DNA of 24,000 nucleotides from Sphingobacteriia bacterium (GTDB lineage Bacteria; Pseudomonadota; Alphaproteobacteria; Rickettsiales; 33-17): NCBI GenBank assembly GCA_017304685.1, contig JAFKLR010000004.1, positions 552,841 to 576,840 of the forward strand, read 5' to 3'. Shown piece by piece: positions 15,588 to 24,000 of this stretch (position 1 is its first letter; each line of letters starts with the position of its first letter). The notes under the pieces were generated by a model. It saw only the letters and a program-made list of their open reading frames with translations, ran no database searches and was not told where the DNA came from. The position numbers and the translations under genes were made by a program.

Positions 15588-17033
15588 TTACTTGCGCCAG
15601 AAAAGCGGGTTTATAAGTACCAGTAAAGTAAAGAATTCTAACCTGCCGAATATCATTAGGACTGTAAGAACAATTTTAGTAAACGAAGGTAGAAGGGCAT
15701 AAGAACCGTCTGGGTTGATAATCTCGCCTATACCAAACCCGCTATTAGAAATTGCGGAAATAGAGGCGCTTATGGCGGTCATAAAATCAAGACCATTTAA
15801 AGTTAATAATAAACTTCCAATGATAAGGCCAAAGAAATATAGGATTACAATTGAAATTGCTCCTGAAATTGCATTATTTGTAAGTGGCTTATCGCCAAAA
15901 TAAACCTTAAATACACCATGTGGGTGGAGTAATGTTCTAATATTATATTTAATAACCTTATAGGTTACTTCTAACCTAAATAATTTAATTCCCCCGGAAG
16001 TTGATCCAGTACAACCGCCGATTAATGAAAGAACCGATAGAAGTACTCTTGGAAAATCTCCCCAAGCATCATAATTACCCTGGCTAAATCCTGTAGTTGT
16101 CATTATGGAAACTGCATTAAAGCTTGCAAGTCTAAGAGAAGTTTTATAATCAAAATGCTGATGATAATGTAACCAAAATGTAAGTGAAGTAACAGCTAAA
16201 ATAATGATAGTAAAAAATGTTTTGGTTTGTGGGTCGTTTATAAATTCTTTGAAGTTACCTTGGGTAATGTTATAATAATGAATAAAAGACTGCGAACCGA
16301 GTATCATTAGTAATATTAAAATTAAATCTACCTTAATATTATTAAAATGAGTTATAGAATTATCGTAATTAGTAAACCCGCCTGTTGAAATTGCCGACAT
16401 TCCATGACATAGGGCATCAAAGAAATTCATACCCAGAGAGTATAAAAACAGAACACCAAGTAATGTTATTGAAAAATATATAATAAGTACATTAACAGCT
16501 ATATGGCCAACTTTAGGTAAAATTTTCTTAGATTGATCAGAATATTCCATTTTAAAAAGCTGCATTCCACCAATTTGTAAGCTTGGTAAAATTGCAATGC
16601 CTATCATTACAATCCCAACTCCACCAATATAATTTAATAAAATACGATAAAATAAAAAACCTTTTGATTTCTCCTGTAAATTAGTAAATATAGTTGCTCC
16701 ACAAGAGGTTAAGCCAGAAGTGCTTTCAAAAAGCGCATCGGTCACACTAATCTCAGGCTCAATTATTATAAACGGTATTGCGCAATATAAAATTCCGCTA
16801 AGCCAAGCAAAAACTGTAATTAAAAAAGCTGATTTAACGGTTTTACTATCTTCTTCAGTATTGAATATTTTAATAAATGTCCCAATTGTAACTCCGATTA
16901 ACGAAGTATATAAAAAAGCTTTATAATTTCGATTAAGCGAAGCAAGATCAATAATTGCTGGAATTAGCATTATTGTACCAAACAGTACTAAAGAAAATCC
17001 AAAAGATTTTAATATGGCGCGAATAAAATTCAT
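15588..17033 (-). CDS. trkH: Trk-type potassium uptake protein, membrane subunit TrkH
   Basis: 481-aa polytopic protein. It has four P-loop-like glycine motifs (TSGLTSCGAT, SAISTGGFTN, MTTTGFSQGN, ISNSGFGIGE) and GGCTGSTSGGIKLFR, all characteristic of TrkH/KtrB. Confidence 0.9.
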   Translation of the reverse strand: MNFIRAILKSFGFSLVLFGTIMLIPAIIDLASLNRNYKAFLYTSLIGVTIGTFIKIFNTEEDSKTVKSAFLITVFAWLSGILYCAIPFIIIEPEISVTDALFESTSGLTSCGATIFTNLQEKSKGFLFYRILLNYIGGVGIVMIGIAILPSLQIGGMQLFKMEYSDQSKKILPKVGHIAVNVLIIYFSITLLGVLFLYSLGMNFFDALCHGMSAISTGGFTNYDNSITHFNNIKVDLILILLMILGSQSFIHYYNITQGNFKEFINDPQTKTFFTIIILAVTSLTFWLHYHQHFDYKTSLRLASFNAVSIMTTTGFSQGNYDAWGDFPRVLLSVLSLIGGCTGSTSGGIKLFRLEVTYKVIKYNIRTLLHPHGVFKVYFGDKPLTNNAISGAISIVILYFFGLIIGSLLLTLNGLDFMTAISASISAISNSGFGIGEIINPDGSYALLPSFTKIVLTVLMIFGRLEFFTLLVLINPLFWRK

Positions 17034-17233
17034 AAATTTTCATCAAATATTTTAAACTATGAATACTAGCTTTTAATTAAAACTTCAAGTTATTGAGGTA
17101 TTTTTTGTAAATTGTAATAATGTTTATTAACCCCTCAATATGATTTTTGCAAAAATGAAAAAAATGCTTAATAATATATAGGTACTAACTTTTTGTTAGG
17201 GCTTATTATTTTCATTTTTTGTGAAGATTATAT

Positions 17234-18037
17234 ATGAATAAAAATAAAATTATAAGTAATGCTTTAGAATATAATAATGTTGTTTCAGAAACATTAGATG
17301 AATTATCTTCACCCCTTAAAGATAATTTTGGTATCACTACAATTGCTTATGCGAGATTTAATGATAATAAAATTTTTCATATTTCAAATAATGTAGACTG
17401 GTATGATTTTTATATTACAAACGGTTTTTTCGACTCTCCGCATCACCAAACTGAAATTAATAATTTAGTTTCTGACAAATATGTAGTTTTAAGAAAAGGA
17501 AATAACAAATTTGTTCAAGCTATGCATAGGTTTAATGTCTGGCACGGTATAAGCATTTATAAAAGATCAAATGATTTAATAGAAATGTGGAATTTTGCTA
17601 CATATAAAAATAACGAAAATATACTTAATTTTTATCTTAATAACCTTTCATTACTTGAAAAATTTATTATCTATGTAAAAAATAAAGCAGGGGATATATT
17701 TAACCCTTCAAATAACGGCATTTGGTTAAATAGAAAAAAATCTATTATTCTTCCGCAAGCTTTTGATAATTCAAAAGCTCATCAGTTCCTTTCGGAAACT
17801 TCATTAGATAAATTTAAATTAGAAAACAGCTCTGCAACGCTTACAAAGAAAGAAATGGATTATTTATATTATCTCTCGCTAGGTAAATCTATCAAAGAAA
17901 TATCGTATATAATGAATATTTCCCCTAGGACTCTTGAAACACGATTAAATTATATGAAAAATAAACTAAATTGCAGTTATAAATCAGATTTAATTCAAGT
18001 GTTTCATGAAAGTAGTTTAAAAGATTTATATAAATAA
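17234..18037 (+). CDS. LuxR/GerE-family helix-turn-helix transcriptional regulator with an uncharacterised N-terminal domain
   Basis: The C-terminal segment LTKKEMDYLYYLSLGKSIKEISYIMNISPRTLETRLNYMKNKL (nt ~17840-18001) is a typical LuxR-type HTH. There is no receiver-domain Asp pocket and no obvious partner kinase or synthase nearby. Confidence 0.85.
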   Translation: MNKNKIISNALEYNNVVSETLDELSSPLKDNFGITTIAYARFNDNKIFHISNNVDWYDFYITNGFFDSPHHQTEINNLVSDKYVVLRKGNNKFVQAMHRFNVWHGISIYKRSNDLIEMWNFATYKNNENILNFYLNNLSLLEKFIIYVKNKAGDIFNPSNNGIWLNRKKSIILPQAFDNSKAHQFLSETSLDKFKLENSSATLTKKEMDYLYYLSLGKSIKEISYIMNISPRTLETRLNYMKNKLNCSYKSDLIQVFHESSLKDLYK

Positions 18038-18045
18038 CTAATAAA

Positions 18046-19434
18046 TTATTTCTTACCTATCATGTTTTCAGGTCTTACCCAAGCATCAAATTGTTCGCTT
18101 GTAAGAAGCTCTAAAGCTAAAGCTGCTTCTTTAAGTGAAGTACCTTCTTTATGAGCTTTTTTTGCAATTTTTGCTGCATTATCATAGCCAATATGAGGGT
18201 TTAAAGCGGTTACAAGCATTAAAGATTGTTCCATTAATTGCTTTAGTCTATCTCTATTTGGTTCAATACCTTTTAAGCAATTATCAACAAAGCTAATACA
18301 ACCATCACTAATTAAAGTTATAGAGTTAAGTACATTTGCAACAATGAGAGGTTTAAACACATTAAGTTGTAAATGACCATTTGATCCGCCAATAGTAACT
18401 GCTACATGATTACCCATAACTTGAGCTGCAAGCATTGTTAATGCTTCACATTGTGTTGGGTTTACTTTACCTGGCATAATAGATGAACCAGGCTCATTCT
18501 CAGGTAATAAAAGTTCGCCTAAGCCTGAACGTGGGCCTGAACCAAGAAGCCTAATATCATTTGCAATTTTCATAAGGCTTACGGCAATAGTATTTAGTAC
18601 TCCAGAAACTTCTACCATAGCGTCATTACTTGCCAAAGCTTCAAATTTATTTGGAGCAGTTATGAATTTAAGACCTGTTAATTCGCTAATTTTCTCAGCT
18701 ATTTTTTCAGCAAATCCTGGTTTTGCATTAAGACCTGTACCAACGGCTGTACCACCTTGAGCTATGTAAGAAATTCTAGGTATTGTTGTTTTTACTCTTT
18801 CAATAGCATATTCAATTTGTGTAAGAAATGCTGAAAATTCCTGACCTAAAGTCATAGGTGTGGCATCTTGCATATGCGTGCGGCCAATTTTAATAATATC
18901 TTTAAACGCTTCTACCTTTTCCTTTAATTCATTACGCATATATTCAAGTGCAGGTAACAATTCCTTATGCAATGCAATCATTGTCGCAACATGCATGCCA
19001 GTTGGAAAAGTATCATTAGACGATTGACCCATATTTACATGGTCATTAGGATGAACAGGTTTTTTAGAACCCATTACGCCATTCATAAGTTCAATAGCAC
19101 GGTTAGAAATCACTTCATTAACATTCATGTTAGTTTGAGTACCAGACCCGGTTTGAAAAATTACGAGTGGGAAGTGATCATCAAGTTTACCATTAATTAC
19201 TTCATCCGCTGCAAGACAAATATTTTTTACAATATTTTCATCTAAACCAGCTATCTCTTGATTAACTAAAGCCGCAGCTTTTTTAACAATTGCAATTGCA
19301 TGAACAACTTTAATAGGCATCTTATCTTTGCCAATTTTAAAATTATGCAATGAACGTTCTGTTTGTGCGCCCCAATATTTACTATTTTCAACTTCAATTT
19401 CACCAAATGAATCGCTTTCAATTCGTGTCGCCAT
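18046..19434 (-). CDS. fumC: Fumarate hydratase, class II
   Basis: Contains the fumarate-lyase signature [15 protein letters not shown] and shows full-length FumC-like sequence. The AAGGAG SD overlaps the stop codon of the upstream DUF4167 gene. Confidence 0.97.
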   Translation of the reverse strand: MATRIESDSFGEIEVENSKYWGAQTERSLHNFKIGKDKMPIKVVHAIAIVKKAAALVNQEIAGLDENIVKNICLAADEVINGKLDDHFPLVIFQTGSGTQTNMNVNEVISNRAIELMNGVMGSKKPVHPNDHVNMGQSSNDTFPTGMHVATMIALHKELLPALEYMRNELKEKVEAFKDIIKIGRTHMQDATPMTLGQEFSAFLTQIEYAIERVKTTIPRISYIAQGGTAVGTGLNAKPGFAEKIAEKISELTGLKFITAPNKFEALASNDAMVEVSGVLNTIAVSLMKIANDIRLLGSGPRSGLGELLLPENEPGSSIMPGKVNPTQCEALTMLAAQVMGNHVAVTIGGSNGHLQLNVFKPLIVANVLNSITLISDGCISFVDNCLKGIEPNRDRLKQLMEQSLMLVTALNPHIGYDNAAKIAKKAHKEGTSLKEAALALELLTSEQFDAWVRPENMIGKK

Positions 19435-19447
19435 TAGTAAATTCTCC

Positions 19448-19912
19448 TTAATTTGAGGTGCATTCTTCAGGTTGTAATTTTGATTCTTCTTTTATATCGG
19501 GTTGAAATTCTTTTATAATTGTTGATTCAACTGCATTTTCATTACTCTCACTATTAAATTCAGATTCTTTTGAAGAGTTTTGATTTGTATTTTCACTTTT
19601 TGTATCTAACGAATTTGTTTCAACATGAGGTTTAGATTTTTTATTAATTTCATGTGCTTCATTTATTATTCGGGAATAATGATCTGCGCATTGTAAGTAT
19701 TCTTCAGCTTTTACTTTATCTCCGCTTGAAGCACTTTCTTTTGCAAGTTCAAGACACCTGCTACGCGTTTGAATAGCTTTTTGATATTGTTTAGAACCAA
19801 GAAAAACATTATATTCTGTACCGTTTTCAACCACTTGATGATTGTTATTACGATCTTGATAATTTTTAGAGCGATGGTATGGAGTCCTTTTTTTCATAAC
19901 TTGTTTTTTCAT
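19448..19912 (-). CDS. DUF4167 domain-containing protein (alphaproteobacterial)
   Basis: Basic N-terminus, then [31 protein letters not shown], which matches my recollection of the conserved DUF4167 core. Its position downstream of prmC is typical of alphaproteobacteria. An alternative ATG lies at 19897. Confidence 0.75.
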   Translation of the reverse strand: MKKQVMKKRTPYHRSKNYQDRNNNHQVVENGTEYNVFLGSKQYQKAIQTRSRCLELAKESASSGDKVKAEEYLQCADHYSRIINEAHEINKKSKPHVETNSLDTKSENTNQNSSKESEFNSESNENAVESTIIKEFQPDIKEESKLQPEECTSN

Positions 19913-19940
19913 AATGTAATGTTAGAATTTAGTTATTATT

Positions 19941-20816
19941 TTAATGTTTTATTTGAAAAGCGCAACTACGAATAATGCCATTTAAATCTTCTAAATAAGA
20001 AAGACATTCAAAACCCTGGGAAGACATAATATTAATTAAATCATCTAATTGATCTTGACCAATTTCAAAAAATATTATTGAAGTTTCACTTACAATTTTT
20101 TTAAGTTCTTTCGCAATTGTGCGATAACAATCAAGGCCATCTTCACCTCCATTTAATGCTAAATAAGGATCGAATTTTTTTACTTCTACACTTAAATTCT
20201 CAATATCTTTAGTAATAATATAAGGAGGGTTTGAAATAATTATATCAAACTTCTCGTTTATATTTTCTAACCAATTTGATTTAAGAATATTAAGTCTAGA
20301 ATTTAATTTATATTCATTCAAATTCTTTTTAGCAATTTCGATAGCTTTATCACTAATATCTATTCCTGTACCTTTACTATTTTTATACTCTAAAAGTAAT
20401 GAAATAATAAGGCAACCTGAACCTACGCCTAAATCAATTATTTTTAATTCTTTTGTTTTGTCCTGAAAAGTAGCAAGAACATGCTCGATTAAAGTTTCGC
20501 TATCATTTCTAGGATCTAGTACATCTTCGCTTGTAAAAAATTTATATTTCCAAAAATATTTATAACCTAAAATTTTAGAAACAGGTTTTCCATTAGCTCT
20601 TTCATTTACAACTTCGGTAAATGATTTTAATTGTTCATCCGATAAATTATCTTCATATTTTTTTACTATATCTTCCATTGCTAAATTTGTAACAAATGAA
20701 AGTAATACTCGTGCATCTAATTGCGGAGTAGCAAAACCAAGTTTACTAAATAATTGGCCACTTGCAGTTAATGCTTGTCTGATATTACACGGATTCGGTA
20801 AGTTTATTTGCTTCAT
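19941..20816 (-). CDS. prmC: Release factor glutamine N5-methyltransferase PrmC (HemK)
   Basis: Contains the NPPY motif (IISNPPYI) and the SAM-binding [11 protein letters not shown]. It overlaps the prfA 3' end by 32 nt. Confidence 0.92.
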   Translation of the reverse strand: MKQINLPNPCNIRQALTASGQLFSKLGFATPQLDARVLLSFVTNLAMEDIVKKYEDNLSDEQLKSFTEVVNERANGKPVSKILGYKYFWKYKFFTSEDVLDPRNDSETLIEHVLATFQDKTKELKIIDLGVGSGCLIISLLLEYKNSKGTGIDISDKAIEIAKKNLNEYKLNSRLNILKSNWLENINEKFDIIISNPPYIITKDIENLSVEVKKFDPYLALNGGEDGLDCYRTIAKELKKIVSETSIIFFEIGQDQLDDLINIMSSQGFECLSYLEDLNGIIRSCAFQIKH

Positions 20817-21861
20817 CGTAAGAAACTAAAGCCTCAATTAATTCATCAAGTTCACCTTCATTAACAATTTCATTAATTTTATATAATGTAAGGTTAATTC
20901 TATGGTCAGTTACTCTACCTTGTGGGTAGTTATATGTTCTAATTCTCTCTGATCTATCACCAGAACCTACTTGGCCTTTTCTTTGGGCAGCTCTTTCTGA
21001 TTCTTGTTGTTCCCTTTGAACTTCATATAATTTAGCACGTAAAATTTTTAAAGCCTTTGCTTTATTTTTATGTTGCGATTTTTCATCTTGTTGCTGAACA
21101 ACTATACCTGTTGGTATGTGAACTATTCTTACCGCACTATCAGTTGTATTTACTGATTGCCCACCAGGCCCACTTGATCTGAATACGTCAATTCTTAAAT
21201 CTTTTTCTTCAATATGGATATCAATATCTTCTGCTTCAGGAAGAACGGCAACAGTTGCAGCGGAAGTATGAATACGTCCACTTGATTCAGTTTCAGGCAC
21301 TCTTTGCACACGATGAACACCTGATTCAAATTTAAGGCGAGCAAACACTCCAGAGCCTGCAATTGAAGCTGAGGCTTCTTTAAATCCGCCAAGTCCAGTA
21401 TCAGAAATTGAAAGAATTTCAAAACGCCAACCTTTACTTTCAGCGTATCGTTGATACATCCTAAAAAGAACAGAAGCAAAAAGAGCAGCTTCTTCGCCAC
21501 CGGTTCCTGCACGAACTTCTAGAATAGCATTCTTTTCATCATCTTTATCTTTTGGAAGTAAAGCTATTTTTACATTTCTTTCAAGATCAGGAAGTGATCT
21601 TTTTATTTCATATAATTCTTCTTCAGCTATTTTTTTCATTTCGTCATCAAGATTTGAATCTTGTAACATTTCGGTAAGATCTTTTAACTCTCTTTGTGTT
21701 TGTAAAAAATGATTTACTTTTTCAACTACAGGACCGAGGTCAGAATATTCTTTAGAACAATTAACAAACTCATCTTTACCAAGTCCTTCTGGATTCATAA
21801 GTTTATTACCAAGTTCATTATAGCGGGTAATAATTTTTTCTAGGTTTTGCTCAAAGCTCAA
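20785..21861 (-). CDS. prfA: Peptide chain release factor 1
   Basis: Contains GGQ ([23 protein letters not shown]) and an RF1-type PxT anticodon motif (PET). The start is TTG, with GGAG 8 nt upstream. Confidence 0.97.
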   Translation of the reverse strand: MSFEQNLEKIITRYNELGNKLMNPEGLGKDEFVNCSKEYSDLGPVVEKVNHFLQTQRELKDLTEMLQDSNLDDEMKKIAEEELYEIKRSLPDLERNVKIALLPKDKDDEKNAILEVRAGTGGEEAALFASVLFRMYQRYAESKGWRFEILSISDTGLGGFKEASASIAGSGVFARLKFESGVHRVQRVPETESSGRIHTSAATVAVLPEAEDIDIHIEEKDLRIDVFRSSGPGGQSVNTTDSAVRIVHIPTGIVVQQQDEKSQHKNKAKALKILRAKLYEVQREQQESERAAQRKGQVGSGDRSERIRTYNYPQGRVTDHRINLTLYKINEIVNEGELDELIEALVSYDEANKLTESV

Positions 21862-21906
21862 GTGAAGTCTCCAAACTTTAATTTAGTTTTAAGTTAGTTA
21901 TTGGTT

Positions 21907-23169
21907 TTAATATTGTCCAAGTTTATCTAAAAGGTTGTCTATTGAAATAATCTCCTCAGAACCAGTCAGCATATTTTTTATTTTTGCTACGTTTTTTTCT
22001 AATTCTTCTTCACCGATAACAATAGCAATTTTTGCATTTATTTTGTCAGCGTATTTAAATTTCTTACCAACTTGATTTTGATAAGGAAGAATTACACGTA
22101 TATTATTATTTCTAAGGATCGTTGCAATAGCTAAAGATTCTTTTTCAGCTCTTTCACCAATTGCAATAATCGTAACTGTAAGTACATTAGCATCAAAATT
22201 TTTAAAATCAACTAATTCCATTAAACGTTCAATTCCGCCAGCAAATCCAATAGCAGGTGTAGGAGGACCGCCCATAGTTTCGATTAAACCATCGTATCTT
22301 CCACCACCAATTACTGTTCCTTGCGCACCTAATGCATCAGTGATAAATTCGAAGATAGTATGTTCGTAATAATCGAGTCCTCTAACGAGTGATGGATTTT
22401 CAGTAAATTTAATTGCATTTAAGGTAAGCAATTCTTTTAGTGCAGCGTAATAATCATTAGATTCTTGATTGTAAAATTCGCTAATACGCGGTGCATTTAA
22501 ATTTATTTTTTTATCGTTTTCATCTTTTGAATCTAAAATTCTTAAAGGGTTTTTTTGTAATCTAACTTTACTGTCTTCTGAAAGTGAATTTATATGATCA
22601 CGATAATATTCAGTTAAACTATCACGGTAAATTTTTCTAGTTTCTTTATCACCCAGTGAATTTAAGTTTAATTGTATTGATTCACTAATACCAAGCTTTT
22701 CTAAAATTTGCGATGCCATGATTATAATCTCAGCATCAAGCATTGGTGATTTAATCCCTAAAATTTCCGCATTAATTTGGTGAAATTGTCTTTGTCTTCC
22801 TTTCTGTGGTCTTTCATACCGAAAAAGTGGGCCATGACTAAATAGTCTTAAAGGTAAGTGTTGAGTGTAGCCATTAGAAATAAAAGCTCTACAAATACCT
22901 GCAGTAAATTCAGGACGTAATGTTATTTCTTCACCACCTTTATCAAGAAAGGTATACATTTCTTTAGTTACAACGTCTGTTTCTTCACCAAGTGTTTTTC
23001 TAAATACATCAGCAAATTCAAAAATAGGTGTAGCAAGGTCATCAAAGCCATAATTAATTGCGATATTTCTTGCTGTATTTACTACGTGTAAGAATAACCT
23101 ATAATCACTTGCAAATAGATCTTTAGTTCCTCTTACAGGTTGTAGTTTTGTACTCATAATATTTCTCAA
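21907..23169 (-). CDS. hisS: Histidine--tRNA ligase
   Basis: Class II aaRS motifs are present: LFRYERPQKGRQRQFHQ and GGGRYDGL. The N-terminus QPVRGTKD is typical of HisS. The listed start at 23169 is TTG, and the in-frame ATG at 23157 (MSTKLQPVRGTKD) is at least as likely. Confidence 0.95.
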   Translation of the reverse strand: MRNIMSTKLQPVRGTKDLFASDYRLFLHVVNTARNIAINYGFDDLATPIFEFADVFRKTLGEETDVVTKEMYTFLDKGGEEITLRPEFTAGICRAFISNGYTQHLPLRLFSHGPLFRYERPQKGRQRQFHQINAEILGIKSPMLDAEIIIMASQILEKLGISESIQLNLNSLGDKETRKIYRDSLTEYYRDHINSLSEDSKVRLQKNPLRILDSKDENDKKINLNAPRISEFYNQESNDYYAALKELLTLNAIKFTENPSLVRGLDYYEHTIFEFITDALGAQGTVIGGGRYDGLIETMGGPPTPAIGFAGGIERLMELVDFKNFDANVLTVTIIAIGERAEKESLAIATILRNNNIRVILPYQNQVGKKFKYADKINAKIAIVIGEEELEKNVAKIKNMLTGSEEIISIDNLLDKLGQY

Positions 23170-23281
23170 TTTTTATTTTATGTTTTTCACATTTTTTATT
23201 ATGCGGAGGAGGAAATAATCTTATGCATTAAATATACTAAAGATTTATATATTACCTTCCTTAATTGTGCATTGATTTTAA

Positions 23282-24000
23282 TTAATGTTTTTTACTAAGT
23301 AAACTATGTTTAAAGCCATATCCGAAATATAGTATTAAACCAAGAGCTACCCATATTAAGCAAACATCCCAAGTAGTAATTAATAAATCACCTAGTAAAT
23401 AAATACATGAAATTAGAGCAATAGGAGCAATAAGCCAAATAGCAGGACATCTAAAACTGCGTTCTGCATTTGGATAAGTTATTCGCATAATAACAACCCC
23501 AATTGCAACTGTAATAAATGAAACTAAAGTTCCAATATTTGCGAGCTTTCCTACGAAATCAAGAGGAACAAGAGCTGCAATTAATGAAACTACAATTCCT
23601 ACAAAAATTGTACTTACAACTGGTGTTCCAAATTTTTTGTTTACCTTGCTAAGTTTTGACGGAATTAAACCATCTCTAGAAATTGCAAATATAGTTCTTG
23701 ATTGACCAAATATTTGTACAATTAAAGAAGTAGTAATACCTGCAATCGCACCAATTGCTACAAGGCCTGAACCAACAAGGCTACCATTTGCTCTTAAAGC
23801 ATAAGCCATAGGTTCTGCGTTATCTAAAGTTTTATATGGGACAATTAATGTAAGCGCAGCTGCAATTGACATGTAAATTAATGCGCATATTACAAGCGAA
23901 GAAAACATTGCAATAGGTAAATCTCTTTTAGGGTTTTTAGCTTCTTCAGTAGTGCTTGCTAGCTGATCAAAACCTGCATAAGCAAGTATTAAGGTTGCAG
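23282..24000 (-). CDS. APC-superfamily amino acid permease, 5'-truncated by the window edge
   Basis: The reading frame stays open upstream of the listed ATG (23908) to the window end. That stretch encodes ...AYAGFDQLASTTEEAKNPKRDLPIAMFSS..., the conserved APC permease block. The downstream part is polytopic and hydrophobic. Confidence 0.85.
   Translation of the reverse strand, partial: ATLILAYAGFDQLASTTEEAKNPKRDLPIAMFSSLVICALIYMSIAAALTLIVPYKTLDNAEPMAYALRANGSLVGSGLVAIGAIAGITTSLIVQIFGQSRTIFAISRDGLIPSKLSKVNKKFGTPVVSTIFVGIVVSLIAALVPLDFVGKLANIGTLVSFITVAIGVVIMRITYPNAERSFRCPAIWLIAPIALISCIYLLGDLLITTWDVCLIWVALGLILYFGYGFKHSLLSKKH

Noticed and set aside
18035-18048. The convergent luxR-family and fumC genes stop only 8 bp apart, with no room for a terminator hairpin.
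   Set aside because: Tight convergent gene ends are common in compact genomes. Termination may occur within the opposing coding sequence. Nothing in the sequence indicates a special element.
21289-21297. The RF1 stop-codon recognition tripeptide reads PET rather than the E. coli PAT.
   Set aside because: The middle position of the PxT motif is known to vary among RF1 orthologs (for example PVT). The GGQ motif and the rest of the protein are intact. There is no reason to infer altered stop-codon reading from this alone.
1013-21512. Short ORFs from the six-frame track lying inside or antisense to longer genes: 1013-1213, 2528-2839, 3537-3731, 4026-4301, 7669-7884, 8073-8288, 9161-9358, 11269-11472, 14388-14635, 15090-15404, 15715-15903, 16720-16926, 18967-19245, 19769-19975, 21195-21512.
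   Set aside because: Each is fully or largely embedded in a much longer ORF. In most cases the longer ORF has family-level motif support (virD4, pepA, trkH, fumC, prfA and others). The short ORFs have low-complexity shadow-frame compositions, no SD and no recognisable motif.
1-24000. Looked for tRNA/rRNA genes, CRISPR-like direct-repeat arrays, transposase or integrase genes, IS inverted repeats and known defence-system genes.
   Set aside because: Intergenic regions are short, very AT-rich and lack cloverleaf-capable GC-rich segments. No regularly spaced direct repeats are present and no ORF shows transposase, integrase, nuclease or Cas-like motifs. A tRNAscan, Infernal or PADLOC run would be needed to exclude these formally.

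Overview
Strongly AT-rich bacterial chromosome segment. Its gene content suggests an intracellular alphaproteobacterium of Rickettsiales/Holosporales type: a vir-type T4SS coupling protein, a DUF4167 protein next to prfA-prmC, and pepA-holC. Layout: (i) the 3' part of virD4, open to the left edge. (ii) ORFan island 1 (1348-6731), with two divergently transcribed ~370-aa paralogs and a 983-aa helical ORFan. (iii) A housekeeping block of pepA, holC and a nucleotidyltransferase. (iv) ORFan island 2 (9692-15475), holding four genes: a 570-aa protein with a Tiki/ChaN-like motif set and three ~117-aa tandem repeats, a 627-aa protein carrying a zinc-deaminase signature (HAE ... CxxC), a small Lys/Glu-rich ORF, and a 432-aa membrane ORFan. 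(v) trkH and a LuxR-family regulator, then a minus-strand run of hisS, prfA, prmC, DUF4167 and fumC, then a 5'-truncated APC amino-acid permease at the right edge. I recognised no rRNA, tRNA, CRISPR array or transposase/IS element. The best candidate for something new is the virD4-linked set of ORFans, read here as candidate type IV effectors. Within it, the split-core deaminase-like protein (11537-13420) stands out because it has no adjacent immunity-type gene. All functional calls on ORFans rest on motifs read by eye and need profile or structure searches.
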